64,000 nucleotides of DNA from Balanoglossus misakiensis. Lineage: Eukaryota; Animalia; Hemichordata. Of the stretch, positions 52,027-64,000 are shown piece by piece (within the stretch, counting starts at the first letter, position 1; each line of letters begins with the position of its first letter). The notes below the pieces were generated by a model. That model saw nothing but the letters and a program-made list of their open reading frames with translations, was not told where the DNA came from and searched no databases. The translations under genes and the position numbers were made by a program. The DNA lies in NCBI GenBank assembly GCA_040954595.2, contig CM082594.2, forward strand, positions 11,982,985-12,046,984, written 5' to 3'.

Positions 52027-54309
52027 GATTTCACCAATTGTGTAGTGAGATGTTCTAGCTGTTTAAGAATTGTCGATGTTTAAATCAAATGAAATATACG
52101 GAACGAATCGGTGCCGGGTGCAAACCCTTTGCAAATGACTCACTTTCACAACACTTGCTAGCAAATACCGGATGTTTTGAATGTGGACCACATTAAAACT
52201 TGGAATTATTGACTTTTTTGGAATGCCGTTTTGCTATTTTTGTGGGCAACTAACTTCAGCATGCTTTCAACTATTCATGCAGAAAATAACAACCTTTGCC
52301 ATAAACATTAGACACAGTGCAACTATCACTTTCGAAAAATGGGCAACCCAGAGCTAGAGCCTAGCTCAACTTTACATCATCCAAAACCTTTGACAAAGAC
52401 TAATCCCAAGTCCCTTATATACAACATTTTTTGTCTGTCTCTAAGTTTTTACTGAGCATTCATGTAGAAAATATGGAATGTCACATGTAATGTAAATTGG
52501 TCACACGAACCAAATGACTCCTTTACAGAAGATAGTCATCCATTTTATTCCGCTCGCTGAGCAAAAATTAAGTAATTAGTCAAATTTCCAAAACAGCAGT
52601 CCTCTAAATTTCTCTGTATTTGAAATCGACACGACTTCAAGCAATGTTTATTACGCAGCTGCTGTCAGTTACTATGGCGACTGAACGTAAATGTCTCTCC
52701 AAACACCCAGAGCCTGACAAAAATTTTCCTTTGCCATGTTAGACGTGAGGCCTAACTGAATAGTCATATTGTCTGGTTTGAAATAGGTCACGTCATTAAA
52801 CTTGATGAAAGCAGGTGCCTTATCAGGCATGAAGTATACTGAGCGTAGTCTCCAGAGCAAAACTCCGTCGAACAAAAGAGACAGACGTAAATAAAGAGGA
52901 CCATTATGACGTGAGGTCAAATGTCATGTGATATTATAATGTCAGATGTGAAATTTTAAAAATAGCTGTATTGTATAGGTCTTGCAGCGAGTTACATTAA
53001 AACATCGCCAAGAGATAATATAGGATTATAACAAACGCTAACGTAATTATCATTCCAATGGTCACTGTTATTTTGACCTTGTCATGCTATACTAAAGTAA
53101 ATATGGTCACAGTGATGCAACATCATATACATGTGATACGCTGTGGTTAGCTTTAATAGTGAAACAGACACAACGATACTGCACTAGTGAATTGTTTCAT
53201 TTGTTGAAGCAGATTTATTTTGAAATGAGGACAAAATTGCGTGTTTTTCATATCTTGTCCCTTGTGAAACCATATAGAAGCTAGGTGCCATTCTAATCCA
53301 GTACACCAAGTAACACTGATGTCACAACTCTAGCTCACCACCATTTTCCTCATTTTGAAATATAAACTTTACATTTTCCACTTGTCTATTCATGGCCCAG
53401 TGATACCATACTGGCACTTCAATGAAAGAGCAACTTCACATATGAGTAGCGTAACCAATATGTTTGTTTGCAGTTGTTTTTTCGCATGTAATGACCTTCA
53501 TTTAATATTGTCTCCCTAAATTTTATTATACTACTAAATTCAACTTCATCAATGTCTCACTCGTAAACCATTAAATGCAATGATTCCTAATTGAAATTAC
53601 ATGATTACAAGTTGACATGCGTACAGATAAATTAAGGTCACGTTAGGTTGTGATAATGAATTTTATTGGTAAGACAACAATGAAGTTTACAATTATACAC
53701 ATGTATAGCTGAATCAACACAAACATACAAATACGTGCATGTTGGCTATAGGTCATGCATGTGACCACAAGAATCGAAGTTGTCCAAACTGCAAACTGCA
53801 CTGTTAATAATAGCCAATCACCACAAAAACTGAAACCAATATGATAGCTACACTGGAGCAATTACTGCAGATAATTATATGACATCTTATCAAAAACACA
53901 ACTATCTTAAATTGGCTGTTTCAGACACTTGACATAGTTCACCAAAATATAGTTTATTGAAAGCTCAATCACCCAATGCGTCCATCACTGATCTAGCTTT
54001 TTGGGAGTAGCCATGCATGTTATTTAGTCACATGCTAAAACAACATACTTTTGTCTAGCCAATAAAATTGACTAGCATATTTTAGACTAAAGTGATAATT
54101 TTCAGTAAATTTTAGTCTGCTATAAGAAATATACAAAAATACAGACGTTGAAATTGCATTTCAAATGTTTCTCTATGAGGATAATTAATCCATAGATATG
54201 ACAAATTTCTTCCTGTCCCTTGCATTGTTTTTTGAGCGCTGTACAGGAGTAACGTGCAAAGGGTTCCATTATCAGATGAGGACAGTCTTCCATGGACGGT
54301 TCACCCACT

Positions 54310-54402
54310 TCATTTGTTCAGGTTATTCAAAATAACAAAATTGGGCGCTTTGTCCACAAGGTGATAGTTTCTTAACCAATACGTAGTAACCAATCCTTTA
54401 CC
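54310..54402 (-). CDS. Gene B terminal exon (equivalent to A exon 21)
   Basis: tacag|[30 protein letters not shown]. Confidence 0.94.
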   Translation of the reverse strand, partial: GKGLVTTYWLRNYHLVDKAPNFVILNNLNK

Positions 54403-57400
54403 CTGTAAGGAGATGGCATTTTTGTTATTGTGTTGTCTAAGCATATTTTAAAATTCCATTGACATGAAAAACATCGATGTTTTGTCGCTGGAATCGACAA
54501 TATCAAACTATATCTTTGTTTCATGCTGTGACAATATCAAAATATTTCTTGGTGCACCAATGTATTTCGGCAAACACTATAGAAAATAGTTCTCGGATGT
54601 ACCGGTACTATAAATGAGCAGTGGGCCACTTTGTTGATATTTTGGAAACAGTATAACGCTTGCCCCAAGAAGCTGTCATGAGCAGAGTAGTTTTACTCCA
54701 CTTTAGGTGATATCTGTAGGGATGCCATTTTGTCCTTATGCACCTATGTTCAAAGATTTCTTATGTCTATAATGAATACTAAAAGAAAGGTTAAAAGTTT
54801 ATGCAACTTAAGTCGATTCGTTTTGTGTATGCATGTGTGTGTCACTGGGATTATATGTAGCCAAAGTGTCCCGTGCTGTCATCTCATGAAACAATTAATT
54901 TGTAATTATCGCGAAATAGCTGGCGGCTTTAATGGGTGATTAACGTGATTAGCCTGTCTACCATGTGCTTATAGGAGAGAATTAGCTTAGATCTGTTGAA
55001 GAAGGAATCCCAAGTTTCGGCTCTGTGCAACTTTTCCTTATTTAGTCCGCCTTATCTGTACCGTATAGCCAGCCTTGGGTCTGAGGGGCCGATTTTTTTG
55101 TCAAGACATGTGCTTTCCATTGAGTTCTGACCACTGTGTTAGAGACAGCGCTGTTTGTGAGAGGCTCATGCCTGCGCACTACCAGATTTCAGAGGCAGAC
55201 TGTCTGGGTTTCCGTCACAATATAGCAATGCTGTGACTCAATTGTATAGACTACTTTCAGACAATCCCCGTCCTTCCCATTTTTCATTGCGATAAAAATA
55301 CTTGCCTATTAACCTTACCTTAAGCTCTACTTGACCTCGCAGATCGACTTCAAAGCCACCGAAGTTATTCAAAATATTGGCAGTAGATACACTGATATGT
55401 ATCATTAATGCTAGGAGAACACAGAAATTGAGATATAGTTTAAAATTGAGGTTTGACATGTAATTAACAGGAAACCACAAAAGATTTGTACACAATTGCC
55501 TGACTACAACCCCACGCTTAGTTTTGTTGCCGTGAGAATACTTAAGTAATTTTTGCAACTTAATAGAAGTCAGGGATTTTGGAGGTTTAGGACATAAACT
55601 TGAAAAACTGTTACAGCATAGACCCTGGCCTAGCCTGTGGTCAAAGTGATAGACATCTTTGGCGTGTGTTTAGCAAAATTTTATGTAATATCTAAATTAA
55701 TGTCATACTGTAATTTTGTATAGAAACCTGCCTAATAAGCATTTATGAAAATCAAATAAAGCTTTAATGTGCTTACGTTGTCCAGTAGATTCCATTCGGG
55801 ATGCTGTGTTTACTGCGTCGCCGAATAAACAGTATCGTGGCATTTTCAGTCCAACCACGCCTGCGCATACTGGGCCTGTCAGTAAGGAAATGAGAAGAAA
55901 GCTTTGAGGTAAAAACTAACAGTCAGACAGACAGACAAAGAAACGAACATTGCACCATCCCTTAATAGAGTTAGAAATAGATTATTTAATGAATAAGTTT
56001 AATGACCTTCTAATGTTGCTGGTTTGAATTGATATTTGTTCATGTATTCTTTTCAAAGTACCACAATATTTAGATGTTTAAACACATAATACTCAAGTCC
56101 ATAGAAGTGTAAAAATCATCATGACAAATACAAACCTGAATGAATACCAATGCGAAGTTTCAATTGTTCCCCAGGTCTATGGCGAATTTTAAACGTCCTG
56201 ACACACTCAAATAATGCCAGAGCCATTCTTGCAATCTCCCTAGCGTGGTTATCCCCATTACGAACTGGTAATCCCGAGGCCACCATATAGGCATCACCAA
56301 TTGTTTCCACCTGTCATCACAGAGTATTGTTTGTTTGAATATTTCCAAGATATTGCATCGAATCTATCATTGATTTCCATGTTTAATAATCATAGAAACA
56401 CGATCTATATAAAAGGGCAAGTGCTCAATAACGAAAGTTTACATTTTGTGGGCTAAATTGCAAAAGTGTGCATGTATGGTACAGTAAATTTTACCGCCAT
56501 AAATTCAGACAGTCCCCAAGTTAAAGTCTGGTGATTAAAGCACCTTAAAACTTTGAGGCTAGTCTATTAACTGCATAATGCCAACAGTGGATGAATTATC
56601 ATGAATCCAGAAATGAGGAACTTAAATAATCTAGTTCTCGTGGATAATATGTTATTATGGGCAGGTGATCTTACCTTGTATACACCATAATTGTCGATAA
56701 TGGCATCAAAGCTGGTGTAGAGGTCATTTAAGAGATCAACAACCTAAGCAAAATGTCATCAGGGAAATGTTTATTTCTGGAGCACACATATGGTTAAATT
56801 ATCCGTAGTCAACAGCGCCGTATGTTTGTAACGTACTAATTGAACTGGTAGCATGTGTTAAAAGGCATGAGAACGCCAAGCCACTTTGTAGAATTACTGT
56901 TTCATCGATTGGCAATTGGAAAAACCCTCCAAGGAGATTTCCGTCAATGTCATTTATTGAATTCTAGAATTCAACATAACCATGAAATAGTTTGTCCATA
57001 ACAACATTAGAGCATGTCCACCTCATTAAGTCTTAGGGAAATCCATGCCGTGAACAAAACGCAGACATCATCATTCAACTTTGCAACACACATTGGCTTC
57101 AAAAGATTATCACACGTACCTGCATTGGAGTACTACTTGCTGATAATGATGTAAACCCCACAATGTCGCTAAAGTAAATTGTCACACTATCGAACGATTC
57201 GGCCTTGACCTCTTTCCCTTGTTTGAGTTGTTCTGACACCGACCTGAAATTACAGTGCGTTGAAAACTGCCTCTTACACAGCTGAAGTGCATTATTATTA
57301 TGAAAGCCATCGCTTTGAGAAACTTAGCTTGGTTGCTATTCTACTTTCCTTCACTTACGATTCTCATCAACTGGCCTCGTATCACTCTAAGTTACTTTCG

Positions 57401-60400
57401 AATACATTGAACTTGACAGCTAGTATCACATTTTACCTTGGTAACAGCCTGTCGAGCAAATCTTCTGCTCGTCGTTTTTCTTCTAAATATTTGGCGGTTC
57501 TCTCTTCCACCAGTCCCTCCAGATTGTTGGCGTACTGTTCCATTCGTGCCAGTAAATTGTCAAGAATGTTGTCACCCTTCTTTCTGCATAATTGTATGAA
57601 GTATAAATGCATGTATATGTTTTTCATCATTTGCGAGGCAATATGTTTTGAATACAGGTTATTAAGCCAGTATCAAACATGTTCACCTCACGGAAGTTCA
57701 TCTCAACGCTCCTCAAATTGCTGCCAGTATGTAACAGCATACATATATTGACTGGCCCAGGGGGGTTACAGCACATGGCCGCCCATCTCTGCGGCTGCTG
57801 GGGGAATGTGATATGTTTTCATCGGTCTTGGGGAAACAGTCCATTTTGGGGTAACTTCAGTTTCATGGGGAGACATGAGGAATGTGGCCTGCCAACGTGT
57901 TTTGTAACACACCTCACCGAATTTTTAACTTATTCAGCATGACAGTAATTCGACCAGTCATAGTGCAAAAAACGGTAAAGGTGTACGTGTTACCATATGC
58001 TTTATCCAATCTGTTTTATTCTGCTTGCAGGACCGTCCAAACACTTGTCCATTTCTATTATGATAAAACTTAAATGCACAGGAGAAAGTTTGTTTCTTAT
58101 TTAATATGTCAAAAAAAATGTTTCCGGACTCACGTGGCGGGGTTTAGTTTCCTAACTGTGGCTCTGATGTGGGAGACATCCGGCCGTTCGCTGGGGTCTT
58201 CAGCCCAGCATCGTGACATTAATTGATCAAGTTCCTTGGGGCATTCTTCTATATCCACTACCGGGCGATAGGAGGGGTTTCTGACAGATCTTACGCTGTC
58301 GATGATGTCTGTATTGTGTATTCAATTATGACATTTCAAAGTCAGAAGGGACCAACTTGCAATCGTACTAGCACACTGCGAGCTCTGAATACCAGTTTGT
58401 GAGAATCATTAAAATTTAATAAAAGTACATGTACATGATATTTTGTAAGGATCAGAAAACGATTTGCAAAAAAATATGTTTGACATGATTACTTTACCAT
58501 GTCGCCAACAGATTCACCATATAAAGCTGTTTTGTCGCCATCTGGTGCGAAGATATCTTGACAAGAAGATATAGCCAGTATCATACTTATCTTGTCATTG
58601 TCCCTGTTGACGACTGTCAGGGCATTTTATTGGATTGTATTGTATTGGCATAATGTACTGGATTGTATTTTATTGTAATATCAAATCTTCATTGTGCATA
58701 TGACCAAGGATTCAATTTACCTTATATGAACTGCAACAACATTTCATGTCAAGAATCGCTTATGTATCGACCAATTGAGCGGTCATAATCTCCCAAGTAG
58801 AATGTACGAGAACAATCTGTCAGACATGCTGCCTGCTGGGTGGTATCATGACAATATGTTGCATCGTGCGACTTTCAAAAAGTTTTGACTGGGAATTGCT
58901 TTATAGTTCATTATGAGTACTAACCTCTTGGGGATACACATGTGTCGTCAACATAGAACGGACCACTCCGTAGCGCTATTTCGTGCATAATTATGGCAAA
59001 GGCATATATGTCTGCCTTTTGGGTACCGCTCGCTGGTGCCGTACCCCGTATGATCTCAGGTGCCATCCATAGCATGTCTGAAATGAAATCGGGATGGTTG
59101 AGGGCGCCAGTGTCAGAGCAGAGACTGCAGCGACGTGTCTGTGTGATATTCAAAGAGTCTGTTTTTACAAAGCAAAGCATCTGTACCCTTGATGCATCTG
59201 CAAAAGGGCTGAGCAAAACTAATTATCCCCAACCTCGCCGATAAATTATGACAATCGCTCGGAGAATTACATGATGGACCCTGAGCCATCGATTCTTCTA
59301 AGTTCACCTGTCATAATTCAGTTTGTGAGCTCCCTATAGAGGGCTGGAAAAATGATGGGTGATATTAGCTCACCCTGGAATCATTGGCTGGAGCTATAAG
59401 AAAGTTGATGATAACATCGTTGCTTGAAAAATTACCAAGATAAATCATACTGCTGAGAGTCGAGTGTGTACTTAATCAAAGCTCATGCCCGCGTATTCCA
59501 AGATCATTATCGACGACCACGCGATATTCACACCTTTGTTTCTTCCTTACATCAAGATCACATATCTGTATACATGTACCTGCATAGCGCTTAAAGTTAC
59601 AGTACAAGTGCATCCTGTCGTTGATGTGTGTTGAATAAGGTTTAATTACGGCTTATTATGCCACTGATTGATCATTTAACTTGAAGATGTGTTGACTTTA
59701 ATGGTCACACTGACTACTAAATCAACTCTTTTCAGACTGATCGTGCAATGATATTTTTAGTTGACATTGAGTAGTAAAAAGCATTCATCTTCAATTTAAT
59801 GTGTACCATTTAATGTATTACTGCGGAGAAAGCTTAACATTTCCGTAAACTTAAAATTGCCCTTGAACCATGCATGAAAGGAGATTTCTTCACATCTTTT
59901 CCAAAAGAGACATTGTTAAGTTTCAAGCAATTCTCCCTACCTTAAATAGGTTTCTAATTTGTATGTAATTGATAGAAACGCTTTTGCAAAAAGTGTCGCT
60001 TTTCAGCTTCAACGTATAATAACTCCAAGCAAACGCCCGGCCCAGTGTGGCATTTTGGAAAGTTTCCTGCCAATGCTTCACAGCAAGACAGCCCCAAGCA
60101 AACTGCCTTTGTGTGACTTTTTAGGAAATTCCGAACGTATTTATGAAACTACTTACTCTGATATAGACGCTCTTCAGCCTCGATGTCATCAAAGACTGCG
60201 TCGCTGCTATCAGAAGTAGACGGGAGGCGAGGTCTCAGCTCACTCAAGCCGAAGTCGGTCAGCTTCAAAACAAACCGGCTGTCAACTACACAGTTTGATG
60301 ATTTGAGGTTACCGTGGCAACGGAGGAAACAGTTTTGAAGATACTCCAAACCCTGGAAGAAAATGGCTGATTGTCAGTACTCGAACCTCAACCTATCGGA

Positions 60401-63400
60401 GTGAAAACACATTGAGAGAATCATAACTGTTTTAGGAAATCCCCCACCAGGTTTAAACATTGATAATAAAATAACGAGTGAAAAACACAGACTGAAAAAA
60501 GTACCATATTAATCGAAGAAAGTTTTATGATTGTATTTGGTTAATTTCAAAATAGTCTGACCTGAAATTGAATTCACGCCAAACAACATTAGAGGGACAA
60601 ATTCGATATCTTTTAACATTATTTTAGTTAATTCATGTATGAAATAATTTGCTGGTTTGTTGTTTTTATGTGGCTTACCTGCACGTAGATGTGTGTGTGT
60701 GTGGGGGGGGGGGGCTTGGTCAATAATGACAGATTGTATGGTAAATCCCAAAATATTCAACGATTTTCAACGAAAGAAATGTTTTCAAAGCAGACAAACA
60801 CCCAGGAAATAAAATTGTTGTGTAATTACCTTGCACACGTCTAGCATCAGTGAATATCTAAACATCCAATCCAGTTTTATAGCATCATTTTCTAGTATAT
60901 CCTGACAAGGAGATAAAGACGCCATCTCTAAGGCTGTTTACAAAAATTATGTGAGACTGTCGCATATTTTATAATTATACGGTAGACTCTACGTCAAGGC
61001 CTGTCATGGATTTTGTCCTATATTATTAAAGTGTCAATTCTAAGGGCTTGATGAAAACATAGGCGTGTTGTGTCACACTGTAAAGCGCATAATCCTCCCA
61101 GGGTTTTATCTGGATTATGTTATTTGATAGGCTCACCTGCAGACTGCCTTTCTGGCAATACTCGGTGATCAGACAGTTCCTATCAGCATCATCAAAGCAA
61201 GCACCAATGAATCTAGTCACATTGGCATGGCTTAAATCCCTCATCTAAGGGAAACAATAAAAACTCACAAAAGCTGGTGAAAGTCAAGAAATTTTCGTGA
61301 CCCAGCTCTCCCACTTGAAAAAAAACGGTAAAAATCACCAAACTGCCTGATTGGGTCAGCACGTATACACATAGCACAAGACAACATGTATAATGCATTG
61401 CGATCAAAGCTAAATCCTGAAATTGTGAGAGTCGACACTAATGTCTCTTTTAGCAGCTTTATATGGTTTCCTGTTTTGCTATACTGTTTGTTCTGTTTCA
61501 TTTGTTTGATAGGTCGTTGGTTGATTGCTCGGTGGTTATTTTTGCTGTTGATGTTATTTCTGTTGTTGTTGGTGGTGTTGTTGTTGGTGGTGGTGGTGGT
61601 GGTGGTGGAGAAGAGTTTAAAGTTCTCCAAAATATGTAACTGTTGTTGACATGCATATTCTGCATCAGTTCACATTGTCATAATATTTGTTTTCCTTGCT
61701 TGGTGCGAAAATTCTATATCACCGTTTTGTAAGACAATGTACATTTTCAATACGGTTGACTAACAAAAATCATAAATACTTCCATTATAATCAAATGCAA
61801 AATGCCAAAGAAAAATTAAGGAAATTTTAACGAACTTAGGAATACAAGCACCTATGTCTTACGGTTGAATTAAGAGCCAACTCTGTGAGATGTATTGAGA
61901 AGTGCGTTACTAACGTTTAGAAATGGATGTTAAATTTTAGATGTGACAGAAATTTTTTACTCTTTCGGACAAGAGAACAGGGCGTTTAAGTTCAATTTTA
62001 TCATTTTATGATTGGTAATGATAAATAAAGTTGAAGCTACAAGCAGCATTAGCTGGGTCCAACAATTAGAACTAATAAAAGCAAGTTTTACCTGTTTCAG
62101 TTCAAGAAGTAACTTGGGTGTCAGGGCGATCCTTTTGCCGGTTTTAAGAAACTTAATAGCGTAAACATTACCCTGCGAAGAGAAGGTGAATGATACATTA
62201 TAACGATTTTGATCTGTTATCAAAAGGGCACCATTGCCACGCGTGCCACATAAACGTTAATATTATAAGGTGGTCACATGAAACCACGGAGTGTCCTTTT
62301 TCACTCCTGCTCAATCTCTACGTTTAGAGATTGTGCCACCTCAAAATCTACATTTATATGCCAATTTGCATTTCATTTTATGTGAATGCATCTGGTAACA
62401 AACAGCTCAATTGTGACATGAATTTCATTTCGAAAAAATCTTGGCCTGCTGGTACGTGATTCTTTTACAGTCTTATTTCCAGCAATGGGTAATGTGAAAC
62501 GTTTAAATATACACCTAAATACCTTGTAACATCAAAAGCAGAAATGTACAAAAGACATGACATAAGTCAACGATGATAGCCACGGGAATATGTTTTGTTA
62601 GGGTGTGGCCATTTCCCTTTAAGATCTGGATGACTGATAATTGAAACCAATGCACGTCACAAACAGACCATGCATATTTTATGAACTGATCCGGGTCCGT
62701 TTATCTATCCTCATTTTAAACCCCATTTCACTCTGAACAATCAGAATTTTATGTCTGGCAAGCTAAAGAAAATCTCTGCATTTCGTACAAATTGCTTTCT
62801 GGGCAGATTTGATATCGGGCAGATGTTGATAATTCCATAGATAGTTGCCTTGGCAACACATGTATTCTGAGTAGTAAAATAACGGTCTTATCATGGAGCT
62901 ACCAGTCATATGACCTACATTAAGATCGATCCTTAGATATGGATCAATATTTTACCACATGGTGAGACAAGTTCACCAAAAAGCACTCTCCAAACTACCC
63001 CTAAACAAGAGCCGCAGGTCAATTTCATTACTGCTAATCGCATGATTTTTAAAATTTCCCCTCGTTTTAATTTTCTAATTAGGCTGCGCATAGCTGTCAT
63101 TTGATATTGGTAAAAGCAAAGCTAGAAACTCATCTAAATGCCTGCTATCAGCAAATGGTTTTGTAAGGTATACAATGCCTCAATCTGTGACTGAGTTGCT
63201 CGTTCCGTTCCGTGAAAAGCAAAGTAAATTAGAAATCACGTGCTCTAAGAACTGATGACGTCGATGAAAGTGCGCAGAATGACTTCAAGATAACAAAACA
63301 TGGATAGTAAAAATATGTAGTGGTAATATTCGTGCACATATCCATTTGTCAAAATTAATAAAAGCGGAAGTGTTCTAATACTTTCCTTATAGGTGCACGT

Positions 63401-63454
63401 TTTAGTAAAAACATGATCGTTATCGGCAGTCGATTTTAAGGAGACTGTAGATGT
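54310..63454 (-). CDS. Gene B: paralogous receptor guanylyl cyclase (NPR1/NPR2-like), 3' 14 coding exons (550 aa: kinase-homology, coiled-coil and cyclase domains); 5' exons lie outside the window
   Basis: Exon-by-exon homology to gene A exons 8-21 with identical intron positions and phases; no stops or frameshifts seen; catalytic motifs intact ([34 protein letters not shown]). Confidence 0.94.
55319..55410 (-). CDS. Gene B exon equivalent to A exon 20
   Basis: ctag|[31 protein letters not shown]|gtaagg. Confidence 0.95.
55777..55875 (-). CDS. Gene B exon equivalent to A exon 19
   Basis: acag|[33 protein letters not shown]|gtaagc. Confidence 0.96.
56136..56310 (-). CDS. Gene B exon equivalent to A exon 18
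   Basis: acag|[26 protein letters not shown]|gtttgt. Confidence 0.96.
56675..56743 (-). CDS. Gene B exon equivalent to A exon 17
   Basis: ttag|[23 protein letters not shown]|gtaaga. Confidence 0.96.
57120..57243 (-). CDS. Gene B exon equivalent to A exon 16
   Basis: ttcag|[41 protein letters not shown]|gtacgt. Confidence 0.96.
57437..57583 (-). CDS. Gene B exon equivalent to A exon 15
   Basis: tgcag|[49 protein letters not shown]|gtaaaa. Confidence 0.96.
58134..58308 (-). CDS. Gene B exon equivalent to A exon 14
   Basis: tacag|[33 protein letters not shown]|gtgagt. Confidence 0.95.
58925..59077 (-). CDS. Gene B exon equivalent to A exon 13
   Basis: ttcag|[29 protein letters not shown]|gttagt. 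Confidence 0.95.
60157..60352 (-). CDS. Gene B exon equivalent to A exon 12
   Basis: ccag|[41 protein letters not shown]|gtaagt. Confidence 0.96.
60830..60901 (-). CDS. Gene B exon equivalent to A exon 11
   Basis: tcag|[24 protein letters not shown]|gtaatt. Confidence 0.96.
61137..61244 (-). CDS. Gene B exon equivalent to A exon 10
   Basis: ttag|[36 protein letters not shown]|gtgagc. Confidence 0.96.
61540..61607. repeat. Degenerate (GTT)n/(GGT)n microsatellite
   Basis: Direct inspection. Confidence 0.85.
62092..62172 (-). CDS. Gene B exon equivalent to A exon 9
   Basis: cgcag|[27 protein letters not shown]|gtaaaa. Confidence 0.95.
63386..63454 (-). CDS. Gene B exon equivalent to A exon 8 (followed by a non-canonical GA donor)
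   Basis: tttcag|[23 protein letters not shown]|gaaagt; 69 nt, same length as A exon 8. Confidence 0.88.
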
Positions 63455-64000
63455 CTGAAATGAAAAGAAGGAAAACATGAGTTTTTGACATTTTTCTTTC
63501 ATACTGTCCACTCTGTCACATCGCCTGGCGTTTTCATGATTGATACCACATGGTAAGGCATATCATCTTACTTTCTTTAAAATAGCAACGAGAATCATCA
63601 TTCAGGTAGTCGTCAATGAATCGGTCGTGTGTAATATTTCAGTATTCGCAATAATGGACCTGCATGTAATTTGAAATTGTGTCTGCATGTAGTCATAGAA
63701 ACGACATTTGCCGGCAGAAAATTAAGCTCCTATGATCAAAAACATGTGCCACGAGCTGCTTTTTGAACTAACCAACTAGGCTTGAATGAAAAATTCCCCA
63801 CAAAAGAAGTATCAATAGTCGATTGTGAGTTATGTAAGCATGAATGGGTTTCTTTCCTTGAAAAGCCACAGAAGAAGACTGTTGTCCAGGCGATCAATTC
63901 AAAGCACCAGAATATCAAAGAATTTATGAAATGCACAGACTCATTTGAGTTTCTGAAGTTTGATGTCTCTTTGCCATATCACAGTTACTCTTTTACTTGT

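Noticed and set aside
52413-52421. TATATAAG box on minus strand ~390 bp upstream of the gene C ATG
   Set aside because: Plausible but unsupported without a TSS; common in AT-rich DNA
54310-63454. Calling gene B a pseudogene because of the GA donor
   Set aside because: All 14 visible exons are intact with strong protein conservation, and both GA usage and exon skipping keep the frame

Overview
AT-rich, intron-rich eukaryotic (animal) genomic DNA; an invertebrate deuterostome is plausible but this is inference only. Three spliced protein-coding genes were assembled by hand from reading frames and splice sites. (A) A complete 21-exon receptor guanylyl cyclase of the natriuretic-peptide-receptor (NPR1/NPR2-like) type on + (17047..47027, 1085 aa). 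(B) The 3' 14 exons of a convergently transcribed paralog on - (54310..63454; its 5' part lies beyond the window), with the same intron positions and one intron that begins with a non-canonical GA instead of GT. (C) Between them, a small, mostly ORF-track-invisible gene on - (ATG at 52026) encoding a secreted precursor: signal peptide, RR dibasic site, an atypical 7-Cys Kazal-like domain and an acidic EEAGSGS tail; its last exon is unresolved. The first ~16.5 kb appears non-coding, with microsatellites, palindromic MITE-like elements and a dispersed repeat. No RNA genes or CRISPR arrays were seen.
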